NCBI GenBank assembly: GCA_965215505.1
Contig: OZ244065.1
Location: 2,784,001-2,848,000, forward strand
Origin: Capsulimonadaceae bacterium
Lineage (GTDB): Bacteria > Armatimonadota > Armatimonadia > Armatimonadales > Capsulimonadaceae
Reading direction: 5' to 3'
DNA length: 64,000 nucleotides
Part shown: positions 8,261-17,337 of the stretch, piece by piece
Layout of the letters: every line of letters starts with the position of its first letter
How positions within the stretch are numbered: the stretch's first letter is position 1
Program-made: the position numbers and the translations under genes
Notes under the pieces: model-generated
The model's database searches: none
Seen by the model: the letters and a program-made list of their open reading frames with translations, nothing else
Told to the model about the DNA's origin: nothing

Positions 8261-9823
8261 CTAATGAGCAGGAGTGGAGTCCTTGCTGTTGGCCGTTCCG
8301 GCGTTGGGCGTGCCGGCATACGGGAAGGTCATGTTGTAGACCTGGTCGTTGTGGTCGATGTTGTCGCCCACCAACGTCACCGCGCTGTAGGTGGGGCCGC
8401 TCGCCACCGCCGTCAGGGCGACGTCCACCACGTCGTCACCGAGCCGCCGGCCATTGGGCCAGCCGCCGGGGACCTTCGCCCCCACCCCGTTGGTCAGGGT
8501 GTCGCCGCCGATGAAGCCCAGCCGGCTGAACGCCATCTGCCCGGCGATGTTGGCCGGGCCGGTCGTCGTGTCCACCCGGATGACGTCCGGGATGTAGACG
8601 GCGGCGAGGTCGGTGCGGCCCGCCGTGACGAACTTCGTGCCGTAGACCGCGTTGATCAGGACGGCGACCTCGGGGTTCAAGGCGTACTTCTGGTACTTGG
8701 AGGCGTCGCTCGTCGGCACGTCCCGGTTGTAGTTGTCCTTGTCCCGGATGCCGACCAGCACCTCGTTGAAGAGCGGGTTGGCCTCGCGGTTGACCTGGAT
8801 GTACGGGCCGGAGTTGACGTTGTCGCCGTTGGTCGCGCGCAGCGTGATGCGGGGCCGCGAAACCGAGGCGTAGACCCCCACGCCCGTGTTCGTCCCGCCG
8901 CTCGTGAAGGCCCCCGTGTACGAGGAGGTCAAGCCGGTCAGGTCTGTCAGGGGGATCACGATCGCGTAGTGCAGCACGTTGAAGCCCTTGAAGCCGTCCA
9001 CGCCGTTGCCGGTCTGCCCGAACGTGCCCATCGGCGAGGGCGAAAGGATGCGCGGGTCCAGGAAGTCAAAGATGCCCGGCGTGTCGGCGTAAAAGCCGTC
9101 CTCACGCGAGCCGGCGAACACCATGGTCGTGCCCGACGCGCCCGAGATCGCCGGCAGGGTGTAGGTGGTCTGCTTGGTGTAGGGGTCGAGGGCCGCATTG
9201 CTCGCCGCGCCGCTGATGGCCCGGCCCGTCGTCGGGTCGTCGTAGAGCGGCGTCGTCCGCTTCCCGGTGTTGTACGGCGGCACCATCAGGGTCGTGTTCG
9301 GATTCAGCAGGGTGGACTGGCCGGTGGCCGCGACCGTCTTGGTCACGGTGTAGGTCTGGACGAAGTTCTGGTGGGCGTCCCCGACGGTCATGATCGGGCC
9401 GGCGTCGGGAGCGCCGTTGATGTTCGCGCCGCGCCCGTAGCGCAGGATGGTGTCCAGGTTCTTGTAGTTGCCGCTCTGGCTGCTGACCGGCGAGAACTTG
9501 AAGTCATACCGCTGCAAGAGCGCGCCCGTGCTGGGATTGGCGATGTTGATGGAGTAGAGCGCATCATCCGAGAAGGAGTCGTAGGTGACGCCGTCGCCCG
9601 GCTCGGAGAAGGGCCGGACGCTGACCTCGATGACCAGGGAGGGCGTGTTGTTCGGACCCTCGTTGCGGCGGAAGGCGTAGACGTCGGTGAGATTCGCCTG
9701 CGGGTCGAGTTTGATCAGCGGCGCGTCGCTGTGGCTGGAGGCGCGCGCCGTGCCGCTCCCGAGGGCCAGCGCGCCCAATGCGCCCAGGGCGGCGGTCACG
9801 CAGAAAAGAGGCTTGAGATTCAT
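8261..9823 (-). CDS. DUF4331 domain secreted protein
   Basis: Signal peptide followed by ASSHSDAP...DVYAF; GWPNGRRLGDDVVD; FPY. Confidence 0.9.
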   Translation of the reverse strand: MNLKPLFCVTAALGALGALALGSGTARASSHSDAPLIKLDPQANLTDVYAFRRNEGPNNTPSLVIEVSVRPFSEPGDGVTYDSFSDDALYSINIANPSTGALLQRYDFKFSPVSSQSGNYKNLDTILRYGRGANINGAPDAGPIMTVGDAHQNFVQTYTVTKTVAATGQSTLLNPNTTLMVPPYNTGKRTTPLYDDPTTGRAISGAASNAALDPYTKQTTYTLPAISGASGTTMVFAGSREDGFYADTPGIFDFLDPRILSPSPMGTFGQTGNGVDGFKGFNVLHYAIVIPLTDLTGLTSSYTGAFTSGGTNTGVGVYASVSRPRITLRATNGDNVNSGPYIQVNREANPLFNEVLVGIRDKDNYNRDVPTSDASKYQKYALNPEVAVLINAVYGTKFVTAGRTDLAAVYIPDVIRVDTTTGPANIAGQMAFSRLGFIGGDTLTNGVGAKVPGGWPNGRRLGDDVVDVALTAVASGPTYSAVTLVGDNIDHNDQVYNMTFPYAGTPNAGTANSKDSTPAH

Positions 9824-9846
9824 CGTGTTTCTCTTTCTTGTATATA

Positions 9847-10395
9847 TCAGGAATGAGTGCCGACGCGGACCGCGCGGCGACGCCGCACGGCGCAGAAAGT
9901 CAGGAGCAGGACGCCCGCCCCGAGCGAAACCATCGTGCTGGCTTCGGGCACGGGCGCGAAGGCCGCCCCGGAGGCCGAGAGGGTGTTGCCGCTCGTGTCA
10001 ACGCCCACCGCCCCGTACTGCACCAGGGCCGGCGCGAAGGGGCTGCTGAAGGAGAAGACGGCCGGTGTGCTGGAGAACGTCTGGCTGTCCTCCAGGAAGG
10101 TCACCAGCCCGCCGCCCGGCACGCCCGGATCGAAGTTGATCTGGAACCCGGTCGGGGCCGTCAGCCCGGTCACTCCGCCGGGCAGCGACGGCGCGGGCAT
10201 GCTGATGGCGTAGAAGTCCTGGCCGGATGCACTCGAATTGGTGACGCTGTAGGTGTAGTTGAACAGCGTCCCGTTGGCGGTCTGGACGCTGGACAGGATG
10301 CTGACCTGGGCGCGCGCGGCGCCCGCAGAGAACAGGACGCCGAGCGCACCCGCAAGCGCAAGGGGGCCTGCGAGTCGGCGTGGTCGTGGGAGCAT
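9847..10395 (-). CDS. PEP-CTERM-type sorting-domain surface protein
   Basis: Signal peptide; C-terminal VPEAST followed by a hydrophobic helix and RRRR. Confidence 0.85.
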   Translation of the reverse strand: MLPRPRRLAGPLALAGALGVLFSAGAARAQVSILSSVQTANGTLFNYTYSVTNSSASGQDFYAISMPAPSLPGGVTGLTAPTGFQINFDPGVPGGGLVTFLEDSQTFSSTPAVFSFSSPFAPALVQYGAVGVDTSGNTLSASGAAFAPVPEASTMVSLGAGVLLLTFCAVRRRRAVRVGTHS

Positions 10396-10763
10396 GGACG
10401 GGCCTGCCTTTCAGTGAAGCGAAAAGAATCTGGGACGAAATGAACCTGGAACGAGATGAGTCACAGGAGTGCGCCGGGGAAAGTGGCGCGGCCGCGCACG
10501 ACAGCGCAGAGCCGATGAGACATCAGACCGCTGGACGCCGCCTTGGCGAAGCGGGGGACCGACGGCCGGCCGATGTCATGGCAAGAGTTTACCTAGCGGG
10601 CTGATAATCCATGCGCGTTATTGCCCCGCAAAGTTAATGGGTGGTTACAAAACTGTGCGAACGCCTGCCACACAAAGCCAAGACAGAGTCACTACAGTCT
10701 TCAAACAACCTCAGAAGTGGCTTCCTTTTTCCCCGCGACGCCCCCCGGAGCCTGCCGACCGGG

Positions 10764-10769
10764 TATAAT
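10764..10769 (+). promoter_or_regulatory. -10 box TATAAT of hisD (likely leaderless transcript)
   Basis: TATAAT lies 6 nt before the ATG at 10776; no SD sequence. Confidence 0.6.
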
Positions 10770-10775
10770 CATCCC

Positions 10776-12236
10776 ATGCGCCAATTCGACACCGACCGCG
10801 ATTCTTTGGAAACCATCCACGCCGCCCTGACCTACCGCGACACCGCCCGCGATGCCCAGGTGGAGGCCACCGTCCGCGCCATCCTCGACGACGTGAAGGC
10901 GCGCGGCAATCAGGCCGTTCTGGACTACACCCGCCGCTTCGACTGGCCGGAGGCGACGGCAGACGGACTGGAGATACCGACGGAAGTGCGAGAGGCCATG
11001 GCTGAGGAGATCGGGAAGACCAGCGGGAGCATATCTTACCTTCTCAACGCGGCTGCCTTGAATGTTAGCGACTACCATTGGGATGAAAAAGGCCGCTACA
11101 CATCCTGGTTCAATACCAGCGCCAGTGGCAACATGCTTGGTCAGATGGTGCGGCCCGTGCAACGGGCCGGCATCTATGTTCCGGGGGGCAAAGCCGCTTA
11201 CCCGAGTACCGTCCTCATGGCGGTCACGCCTGCGGTGGCGGCGGGCGTCGAGGAGATCATCATCTGCACACCGCCGGGTCAAGACGGCAGCGTCAACCCA
11301 GGGATCATGGAAGCAGTGGACTGGGTTTTGCCTGATAATGGCAGGATGTTCAAGATCGGCGGCGCGCAGGCCATCGCCGCCATGGCCTACGGCACCGAAA
11401 CCGTCCCCAAGTGCGATGTTATCGTCGGGCCAGGCAACGCCTACGTCAACACCGCCAAGAAGCTCGTCTACGGCACGGTCGGGATAGACATGCTGGCCGG
11501 GCCGTCCGAGGTCGCCATCATCGCCGACGAGGGCGCGAACCCCGCCTTCGTCGCCGCCGACCTGCTGGCCCAGACGGAACACGGCCACGACAACCGGGGC
11601 GTGGTGTTCAGCCACTCTTACGATTTGTTGGAAAAATGTAAAAACGAACTGTCGGCGCAGCGCGCGGAACTCTCCCGCAAGGAGATACTGGCGGTCACCG
11701 CGAACAACTTGATTTTTGTCAAAACGAACTCCCTGGAAGAGTCTTTGGAACTCTCCAACGTCTTCGCCCCCGAACACCTGGAGCTGATGGTGCGCGAGCC
11801 TCTGGCCGTCCTGCCCCTCGTCAAGAACGCCGGGGCGGTCCTGCTGGGCGACCACACCTCCGCCCCCATCGGCGACTACTGGGCGGGCCCCTCCCACACC
11901 CTGCCGACGGCGGGCGCGGCCCGCTACGCCTCCCCACTGTCCGTGGCGACGTTTATGAAGCGGACGAGCGTGCTGTACTACTCGCAGAAGGCCGCCCAGG
12001 AAGCGGCGGAAGACGTGGCCCGGTTCGCCGAAGCGGAGGGGTTCGATGGGCACGCGCAGGCGGCGCGGCTGCGGGGCGTGGATAGCAAAAAAGAGAACGA
12101 TGCGAAGGAGGAGGGCGGGGAAACCCCGCCCCTACACATGCGCGACGTAGGGGCGGGGTCCCCCCGCCCTCCTGCTGTTCCCCGCCCATCTTTCCCGGTG
12201 CTTCCTTCCGCCACCCCCGCCGAGGCCCGCTCCTGA
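10776..12236 (+). CDS. hisD: Histidinol dehydrogenase (with REP-derived C-terminal tail)
   Basis: GIYVPGG.AAYPS, GPGNAYV, IDMLAGPSE, APEHLE and GPSHTLPT motifs. Confidence 0.97.
   Translation: MRQFDTDRDSLETIHAALTYRDTARDAQVEATVRAILDDVKARGNQAVLDYTRRFDWPEATADGLEIPTEVREAMAEEIGKTSGSISYLLNAAALNVSDYHWDEKGRYTSWFNTSASGNMLGQMVRPVQRAGIYVPGGKAAYPSTVLMAVTPAVAAGVEEIIICTPPGQDGSVNPGIMEAVDWVLPDNGRMFKIGGAQAIAAMAYGTETVPKCDVIVGPGNAYVNTAKKLVYGTVGIDMLAGPSEVAIIADEGANPAFVAADLLAQTEHGHDNRGVVFSHSYDLLEKCKNELSAQRAELSRKEILAVTANNLIFVKTNSLEESLELSNVFAPEHLELMVREPLAVLPLVKNAGAVLLGDHTSAPIGDYWAGPSHTLPTAGAARYASPLSVATFMKRTSVLYYSQKAAQEAAEDVARFAEAEGFDGHAQAARLRGVDSKKENDAKEEGGETPPLHMRDVGAGSPRPPAVPRPSFPVLPSATPAEARS
12113..12169. repeat. 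GTAG-type REP doublet inside the hisD 3' end
   Basis: gggcggggaaaccccgcccctac and gtaggggcggggtccccccgccc. Confidence 0.8.
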
Positions 12237-13195
12237 TGCCCTACACCACTCCCGACGCCGACACGCGCCGCGCATCCGTTGACGCCGTCATCTTCGACAT
12301 GGACGGCGTCCTGCTCGACATCAGCGGCTCCATCCGCGTCGTCAACTGCCTTTCCGTCCCCTACTATCTGCGGACCGTGCTGGGTTGGCCCGCGCCCGAC
12401 GACCTACTCACCTCGGACGACATCGAGATGTTCAAGAACGCGGGCGGCTTCAACGACGACTGGGACCTCACCTACGCCCTCGTCCTGCACTACGTCGCCA
12501 AAGGCCACGAACACCCCAGCGCCGCTCCCGAGACTCTGAACGTCTTCCAGCCCAAACTCGCCCGCTACGCCGCCCGCATCAAGGAGCGCGGCGGCTGGCT
12601 GCGGGCCGCCGAGGAGATCGCCTTCGAACACCTGACCCGCGAGGACCTCCTGGCCGTCGAGACCGACTACCGTAAGTACCTCATCAAGCAGGTCTTCCAG
12701 GAGATGTTCGCCGGCGAATACTGCCAGCGGCTGTACGGCTACGCCCCCACCCTCTACACCGGGCCGGGCTACATCAACCACGACCGGCCCCTGCTGGACC
12801 TGGCGAAGCTGCCCGAGGGCAAAATGATTGGCGTCCAAACCGGCCGGACCCTGGAAGAAGCCCGCATCGGCCTGGAGATGTGCGGCCTGGCCGGCCGCAT
12901 CCCGGAGGCGCACGTCGTCACCAAAAGCGACGGCTTCCAGAAGCCCCAGCCGGGGGGCCTGGCGAAGCTCGCCGAGCGCATGGGATTCACGAATGCCCTC
13001 TACGTCGGCGATGCTTTGGACGACCTGCGGACGGTCAAGAACTTCAACCAGTCCCACGGCCCCGCCACCTTCCTCTCCGCCCAGGTCCTCACCGGCCCCG
13101 CCGGCAAGGCCAACGAGAAGCTGTTCCGCACGTCCGGCGCGGACATCCTCGCCGCCGACGTGAACGAGGTTCTGGACTGGCTGAATGCCCCCTAG
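12236..13195 (+). CDS. HAD-superfamily hydrolase (TIGR01548-like)
   Basis: FDMDGVL, GGFNDDW, TGR, KP.P and YVGD..DD motifs; coupled to hisD (TGATG). Confidence 0.88.
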   Translation: MPYTTPDADTRRASVDAVIFDMDGVLLDISGSIRVVNCLSVPYYLRTVLGWPAPDDLLTSDDIEMFKNAGGFNDDWDLTYALVLHYVAKGHEHPSAAPETLNVFQPKLARYAARIKERGGWLRAAEEIAFEHLTREDLLAVETDYRKYLIKQVFQEMFAGEYCQRLYGYAPTLYTGPGYINHDRPLLDLAKLPEGKMIGVQTGRTLEEARIGLEMCGLAGRIPEAHVVTKSDGFQKPQPGGLAKLAERMGFTNALYVGDALDDLRTVKNFNQSHGPATFLSAQVLTGPAGKANEKLFRTSGADILAADVNEVLDWLNAP

Positions 13196-13252
13196 GGGCG
13201 CGAGTCGGAGAAGAGGGCGCGATGAATCGCACCCCTACACCAGACAGGCCGG

Positions 13253-14815
13253 TCACATCCACCCCAGCCCCTGCTCCGCCCAGCCGTGCAGGCCGTCCCA
13301 GTACCCGCCGCCCTCGGAGGGTCGCTCAAGCGGCAGGTCGCGGGCAATCATTTGCAGCGCCTTCAAGGCCAGCCGGGGTGCGAATTCGCGCTTCGTCACC
13401 CCGCGCCGCCACAGGAACTGCTCCACGAAGCCCGTATGCACGAACGGGTAGCAGTCCTGCACCCACACCATCGCCAGGCCCAAGGTGGGGTCACCGTAGT
13501 GGCCTTTAAAGCCCCATGTGAACTCGACCAGCGGGTTCTTCTGGTAGGCGGGGTCGCCCGGCGCCCCGAGAGGCTCATCGAACAACTCGGAGGACGGCGC
13601 GATGCGGTACAACTGCGGGTAGAAGAACGTATAGTCGGTGTAGACCAGCGGCTCCTGGATGTCCGCGACGGCTTCGCGCAAGGTCGCCAGCGCCCCCATG
13701 AACCAGGGGTCCGCGAGCCACAGCGAGCGCTCGTTGCCCTCCTCGGCCAGCCAGGAGTCTGCCGCCCAGCGGGCGTCGTCCGTGAGGACGAGGACCTCAT
13801 CACTGAGCGTCCGGCGCTCCAGATTCGCCCCAGCCGGGTCGGCTTGCAGGGCCGCCGTGAGGCCCTGGAGGCGGTCAATCCCCTCGAAAGCGCGCTCCGT
13901 CGCCAGGCGGATGCGGTGCGGTGTACCGCCTAGTGCCCAGTCGGTCAGGCTCTCCCCGCGCGCGGTTTCGCAGAGGGTTTGGTAGCGGCCCGCGCCGTCG
14001 GCCATCGGCCCGCCGAGGATGCGCGGGCTTGGGATGCCCAGCTCTTCCAGGACCGGCACCAGGGCGGCCTGCTCGGGAGTGATGTCGTCTCGGAAATGGA
14101 AGGTCTTGTCGCTGCCGGGGACGACGAAGACGAAGTGGACATGGACATCAGGTGCCCTCACCTGATCAAAACCGTCCGGGCCGACGAAACCCGCTCCGGG
14201 GAAAGCGGCGTTGATGAGCGAGAGCTGTGTCTCGGACAAGCCGAAGGGATTAGTGGGCATGGGGTTTCCTTTGAGTGACGGCGCTTCCGGGTAGAAGCCG
14301 GGCAGTTCGGCGCGCAGGTTCCGCTTGGCGGCCATCAGCCGGCTGCGGACGGTGTTAGTGGGGACCTCCAGAATGGCCGCGACCTCCTCGCGCGACCAGC
14401 CGCCGACGTAGTGCAGCAGCAGGGTCGTCCGGTGGGCTTCGGACAGGCCCGCCACGGCCTGCCGGATTGCCACCCCTTCGGCAAAACTCGTTTCCTCGCT
14501 CGCTTCGCTAAGGGCCGTGATCGGCTCCCCCAGCCGCCGCGTCCCGCGCCGCCGTCGGTAGTCGGCGCACAGGGAAAGCGTGATGCTGCGGAGCCAGGGC
14601 GCGAACCGGCCCACCTCCCGCAGCTCGGGGAGCCGCTGCAAGGCATAGACCAAAGCCTCCTGGGCCACATCCTGGGCGTCGTCAGCGTTTTCCAATGTCC
14701 GGTAGGCGAGGGCTAAAACGGAACGCCGGTGCCGCTCCGTCAGCCGCCCCCGCGCCAGCCCATCCCCGGCGAGGGCGCGGCGCACAAGTTGTATGTCTGT
14801 TTCGGGTGTCATCAT
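13253..14815 (-). CDS. ECF sigma-70 factor with a long C-terminal extension (degenerate phosphotransferase-like)
   Basis: DAQDVAQE, FAPWL..I and TVRSRL..AK sigma2/sigma4 motifs in the first ~170 aa; ~340-aa extension follows. Confidence 0.85.
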   Translation of the reverse strand: MMTPETDIQLVRRALAGDGLARGRLTERHRRSVLALAYRTLENADDAQDVAQEALVYALQRLPELREVGRFAPWLRSITLSLCADYRRRRGTRRLGEPITALSEASEETSFAEGVAIRQAVAGLSEAHRTTLLLHYVGGWSREEVAAILEVPTNTVRSRLMAAKRNLRAELPGFYPEAPSLKGNPMPTNPFGLSETQLSLINAAFPGAGFVGPDGFDQVRAPDVHVHFVFVVPGSDKTFHFRDDITPEQAALVPVLEELGIPSPRILGGPMADGAGRYQTLCETARGESLTDWALGGTPHRIRLATERAFEGIDRLQGLTAALQADPAGANLERRTLSDEVLVLTDDARWAADSWLAEEGNERSLWLADPWFMGALATLREAVADIQEPLVYTDYTFFYPQLYRIAPSSELFDEPLGAPGDPAYQKNPLVEFTWGFKGHYGDPTLGLAMVWVQDCYPFVHTGFVEQFLWRRGVTKREFAPRLALKALQMIARDLPLERPSEGGGYWDGLHGWAEQGLGWM

Positions 14816-14911
14816 AACGAAGGCGCGGCGGGACCGCCAAAGGGATCATTCGGGCGGCGGAAATGTCCGCCCCGCTGGTACAATGGGCTATTGTTGCGGC
14901 CCACACCCCGA

Positions 14912-15048
14912 CACGGGGCTGAACCCCCGTGCTTCAACAGAACAAATCCCCGCCTGCGCGGGCATCGGACGCGGTCATCAGACGTCCGGAATCTTCGCCC
15001 GCGAAGGCGGGGGCTTGCACTTTTACAGCACGGGGGTTCAGCCCCGTG
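14912..15048. repeat. REPIN-like inverted repeat
   Basis: cacggggctgaacccccgtgct / agcacgggggttcagccccgtg, with inner cccgcctgcgcggg / cccgcgaaggcggg. Confidence 0.8.
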
Positions 15049-15072
15049 GGTTCCTAATGGAGACTTCCCACC

Positions 15073-17106
15073 ATGCTCCCCAATACTTCACTTCCCACTG
15101 CCTCACTCCCCATCACCCGCGTCACCCTCTACACCAGCGGCGTCGGCTACTTCGAGCGCGGCGGCGAGGTCCAGGGCGACGCCAGCCTGACCCTCTACTT
15201 CCCCGTCGGCCAGGTCAACGACGTGCTCAAATCTCTCGTCCTGCTCGACGGCGGGGGCGGCGCGATCTCCCCGGTCACCTATGCCGCCCAGGACCCCGTT
15301 GCCAAAGCCTTGCAGGCATTCTCCCTGAACATCGGCGACGACCCCGACCGGGCCACCCTGCTGGGCCGGATGCGCGGCGTCGCCGTCACGCTCGCCACCG
15401 ACGGCAATGCCCCGCTGACGGGCATCATCGCGGGTGTCGAGACGCAGACTGTGTACCTGACGGACGGCGGGGGCACGACGGAGCGGCCCCTGCTGACCCT
15501 GCTGGCCGGGGACGCCCTGCACACCGTCCCCCTGGACTCGGTCCGCAGCCTCCAGATCAACGACGCTGCCCTGGCCGACGAGTTCCGCCAGGCTCTGGCC
15601 GCCGTCGCATCAGGCCGGGACGCCGGGAAGCGGCCCGTGACGCTGACCTTCAAGGGCCAAGCAGGTCAGGAATACCGCACGGTCCAGATCGGCTACTTGC
15701 TCGAGGCCCCCGCCTGGCAGACCTCCTACCGGCTGGTTTTGGGCGAGACGCCCCGCCTGCAAGGCTGGGCCTTGGTCCAGAACACGGGCCAGGACGACTG
15801 GGCGAACACCCACCTGAGCCTCGTCTCGGGCCGGCCCATCTCGTTCATCCAGGACCTCTACACCCCGCTCTATGTTCACCGCCCTACGGTCCAGCCGCGC
15901 ATCCCCGCCTCGCCCACGCCGCAGACCTACGCCAGCGACATGATGGCTCAGGAAGCATATGGCACTCTGGGTGAGCCGGTGCCGGCAGGGGCGGTCCTCG
16001 CGCCGATGATGGCGGCTGCCGCAGCCCCCCTTGGGGTCCGCGCCCGGCTGAAAGACGCCTCACGCGGCCTCATGGACGCAGACCCCGAAGAGGCGTTCGG
16101 CGGCAGCATCGCCGCCACGGGCGCGTCGCTCGGCGCATCACTGTTCGCCTACCACATTGACGTCCCCGTGTCGGTCCCGCGCCAGCAGTCCGCCATGATC
16201 CCCTTCGTCGCCGCCCCCATCGAGGCGGAGCGCGTCTCGGTCTACAACAGCCGCGTTCAGGCCGACCATCCCCTGACCGGCGTTCGCCTGAAGAACACCA
16301 CCGCCCTGCACCTGATGGGCGGGCCACTGACCGTCTTCGACGCCCAGGAGGACGGCGGCGGCGCGGCGGGCTACGTCGGCGACGCCCTCATGGACGACAC
16401 CGAGGCGGGCCAAACCCGCCTGCTGACCTACGCCATAGACCTCGCCGTGGACGCCGACGCCAAGCGGGACAGCCGGAGCGGGGCCGTGACCGAGGTACGC
16501 ATCGCCGAGGGGGCGCTGCGCGTCCGCCAGACGTATCAGCAGGTCGCCGTCTACACCTTCAAGAACAACGGGGCACAGGCACGAACGGTGGTCATAGAGT
16601 ATCCCGTCCAGCCCGAGTGGGAGCTTTTGGAACCGGCGGCCCCGACCGAGCGCACCGCCTCCCATTACCGCTTCGACCTCGCGCTGCCGGGCAAGGCGAC
16701 CGCCGCCCTGACCGTACAGACCGAGAGGCAGGCCTGGGAGTCGTTCAGCCTCCTCGACGCCCCGCTCGACCGCTTCCTGTTCTATACCAGCACCGGGGCC
16801 ACGTCCGAGCCGGTCCGCGCCGCCCTGGAGGCGGTCCAAACGCGCCGGGCCGCCGCCGCCGAACTGGAAGCGCGCCTGGCCGAACTCAAGGTGCGGCTAG
16901 ACTCCATCAGCACGGGTCAGGAGCGTATCCGCAAGAACATGGAAGCATTAGACCACAAATCCGACCTCTACCGGCGCTACGTCGGCGAACTGGACAAGCA
17001 GGAGACGCAGATCAGCGCGGAGACAGCGGAGAGGGCCGCCCGGCAGGAGGAGCTGACGGCGGCCCGCGCCGACCTGCGGCGGTATCTGGCGGGGCTGAAC
17101 TTGTAG
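15073..17106 (+). CDS. DUF4139-type protein
   Basis: LPITRVTLYTSGVGYFER, NDVLKSL, WQTSYRL and LVSGRPISF motifs; C-terminal coiled coil. Confidence 0.8.
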   Translation: MLPNTSLPTASLPITRVTLYTSGVGYFERGGEVQGDASLTLYFPVGQVNDVLKSLVLLDGGGGAISPVTYAAQDPVAKALQAFSLNIGDDPDRATLLGRMRGVAVTLATDGNAPLTGIIAGVETQTVYLTDGGGTTERPLLTLLAGDALHTVPLDSVRSLQINDAALADEFRQALAAVASGRDAGKRPVTLTFKGQAGQEYRTVQIGYLLEAPAWQTSYRLVLGETPRLQGWALVQNTGQDDWANTHLSLVSGRPISFIQDLYTPLYVHRPTVQPRIPASPTPQTYASDMMAQEAYGTLGEPVPAGAVLAPMMAAAAAPLGVRARLKDASRGLMDADPEEAFGGSIAATGASLGASLFAYHIDVPVSVPRQQSAMIPFVAAPIEAERVSVYNSRVQADHPLTGVRLKNTTALHLMGGPLTVFDAQEDGGGAAGYVGDALMDDTEAGQTRLLTYAIDLAVDADAKRDSRSGAVTEVRIAEGALRVRQTYQQVAVYTFKNNGAQARTVVIEYPVQPEWELLEPAAPTERTASHYRFDLALPGKATAALTVQTERQAWESFSLLDAPLDRFLFYTSTGATSEPVRAALEAVQTRRAAAAELEARLAELKVRLDSISTGQERIRKNMEALDHKSDLYRRYVGELDKQETQISAETAERAARQEELTAARADLRRYLAGLNL

Positions 17107-17285
17107 GGACGCCGCTTGCCGCGCCCTCTTTCGGGGCAACTGCATACAGAGGGCAACCACGGGGGGTTGCCCCTACCGGGGCCGAATTGCGTAGGGGCAG
17201 GCCCCCGTGCCTGCCCTTCATCCTCACTCTTCACCCCTCTCCCGCTTGCGGGGGCAGGGGTCGGCGTCCGCGCCGGGGGTGGGGG
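17103..17285. repeat. Cluster of GTAG-type REPs plus one CCCCTCTCCCGC-family REP
   Basis: gtagggacgccgcttgccgcgccc, gggcaaccacggggggttgcccctac, gtaggggcaggcccccgtgcctgccc, then a copy of the 6734-6786 arm. Confidence 0.8.
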
Positions 17286-17337
17286 TCATCTCTCCCCCGG
17301 TAGACAAACCGCCGCCCGTTCGGTACAATAGGGCCAC

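Noticed and set aside
8264-9856. Long antisense/shadow ORFs (also 54602-56326, 27530-28771, 10701-12053, 22214-23677)
   Set aside because: Typical high-GC shadow frames overlapping well-supported genes; no recognisable motifs
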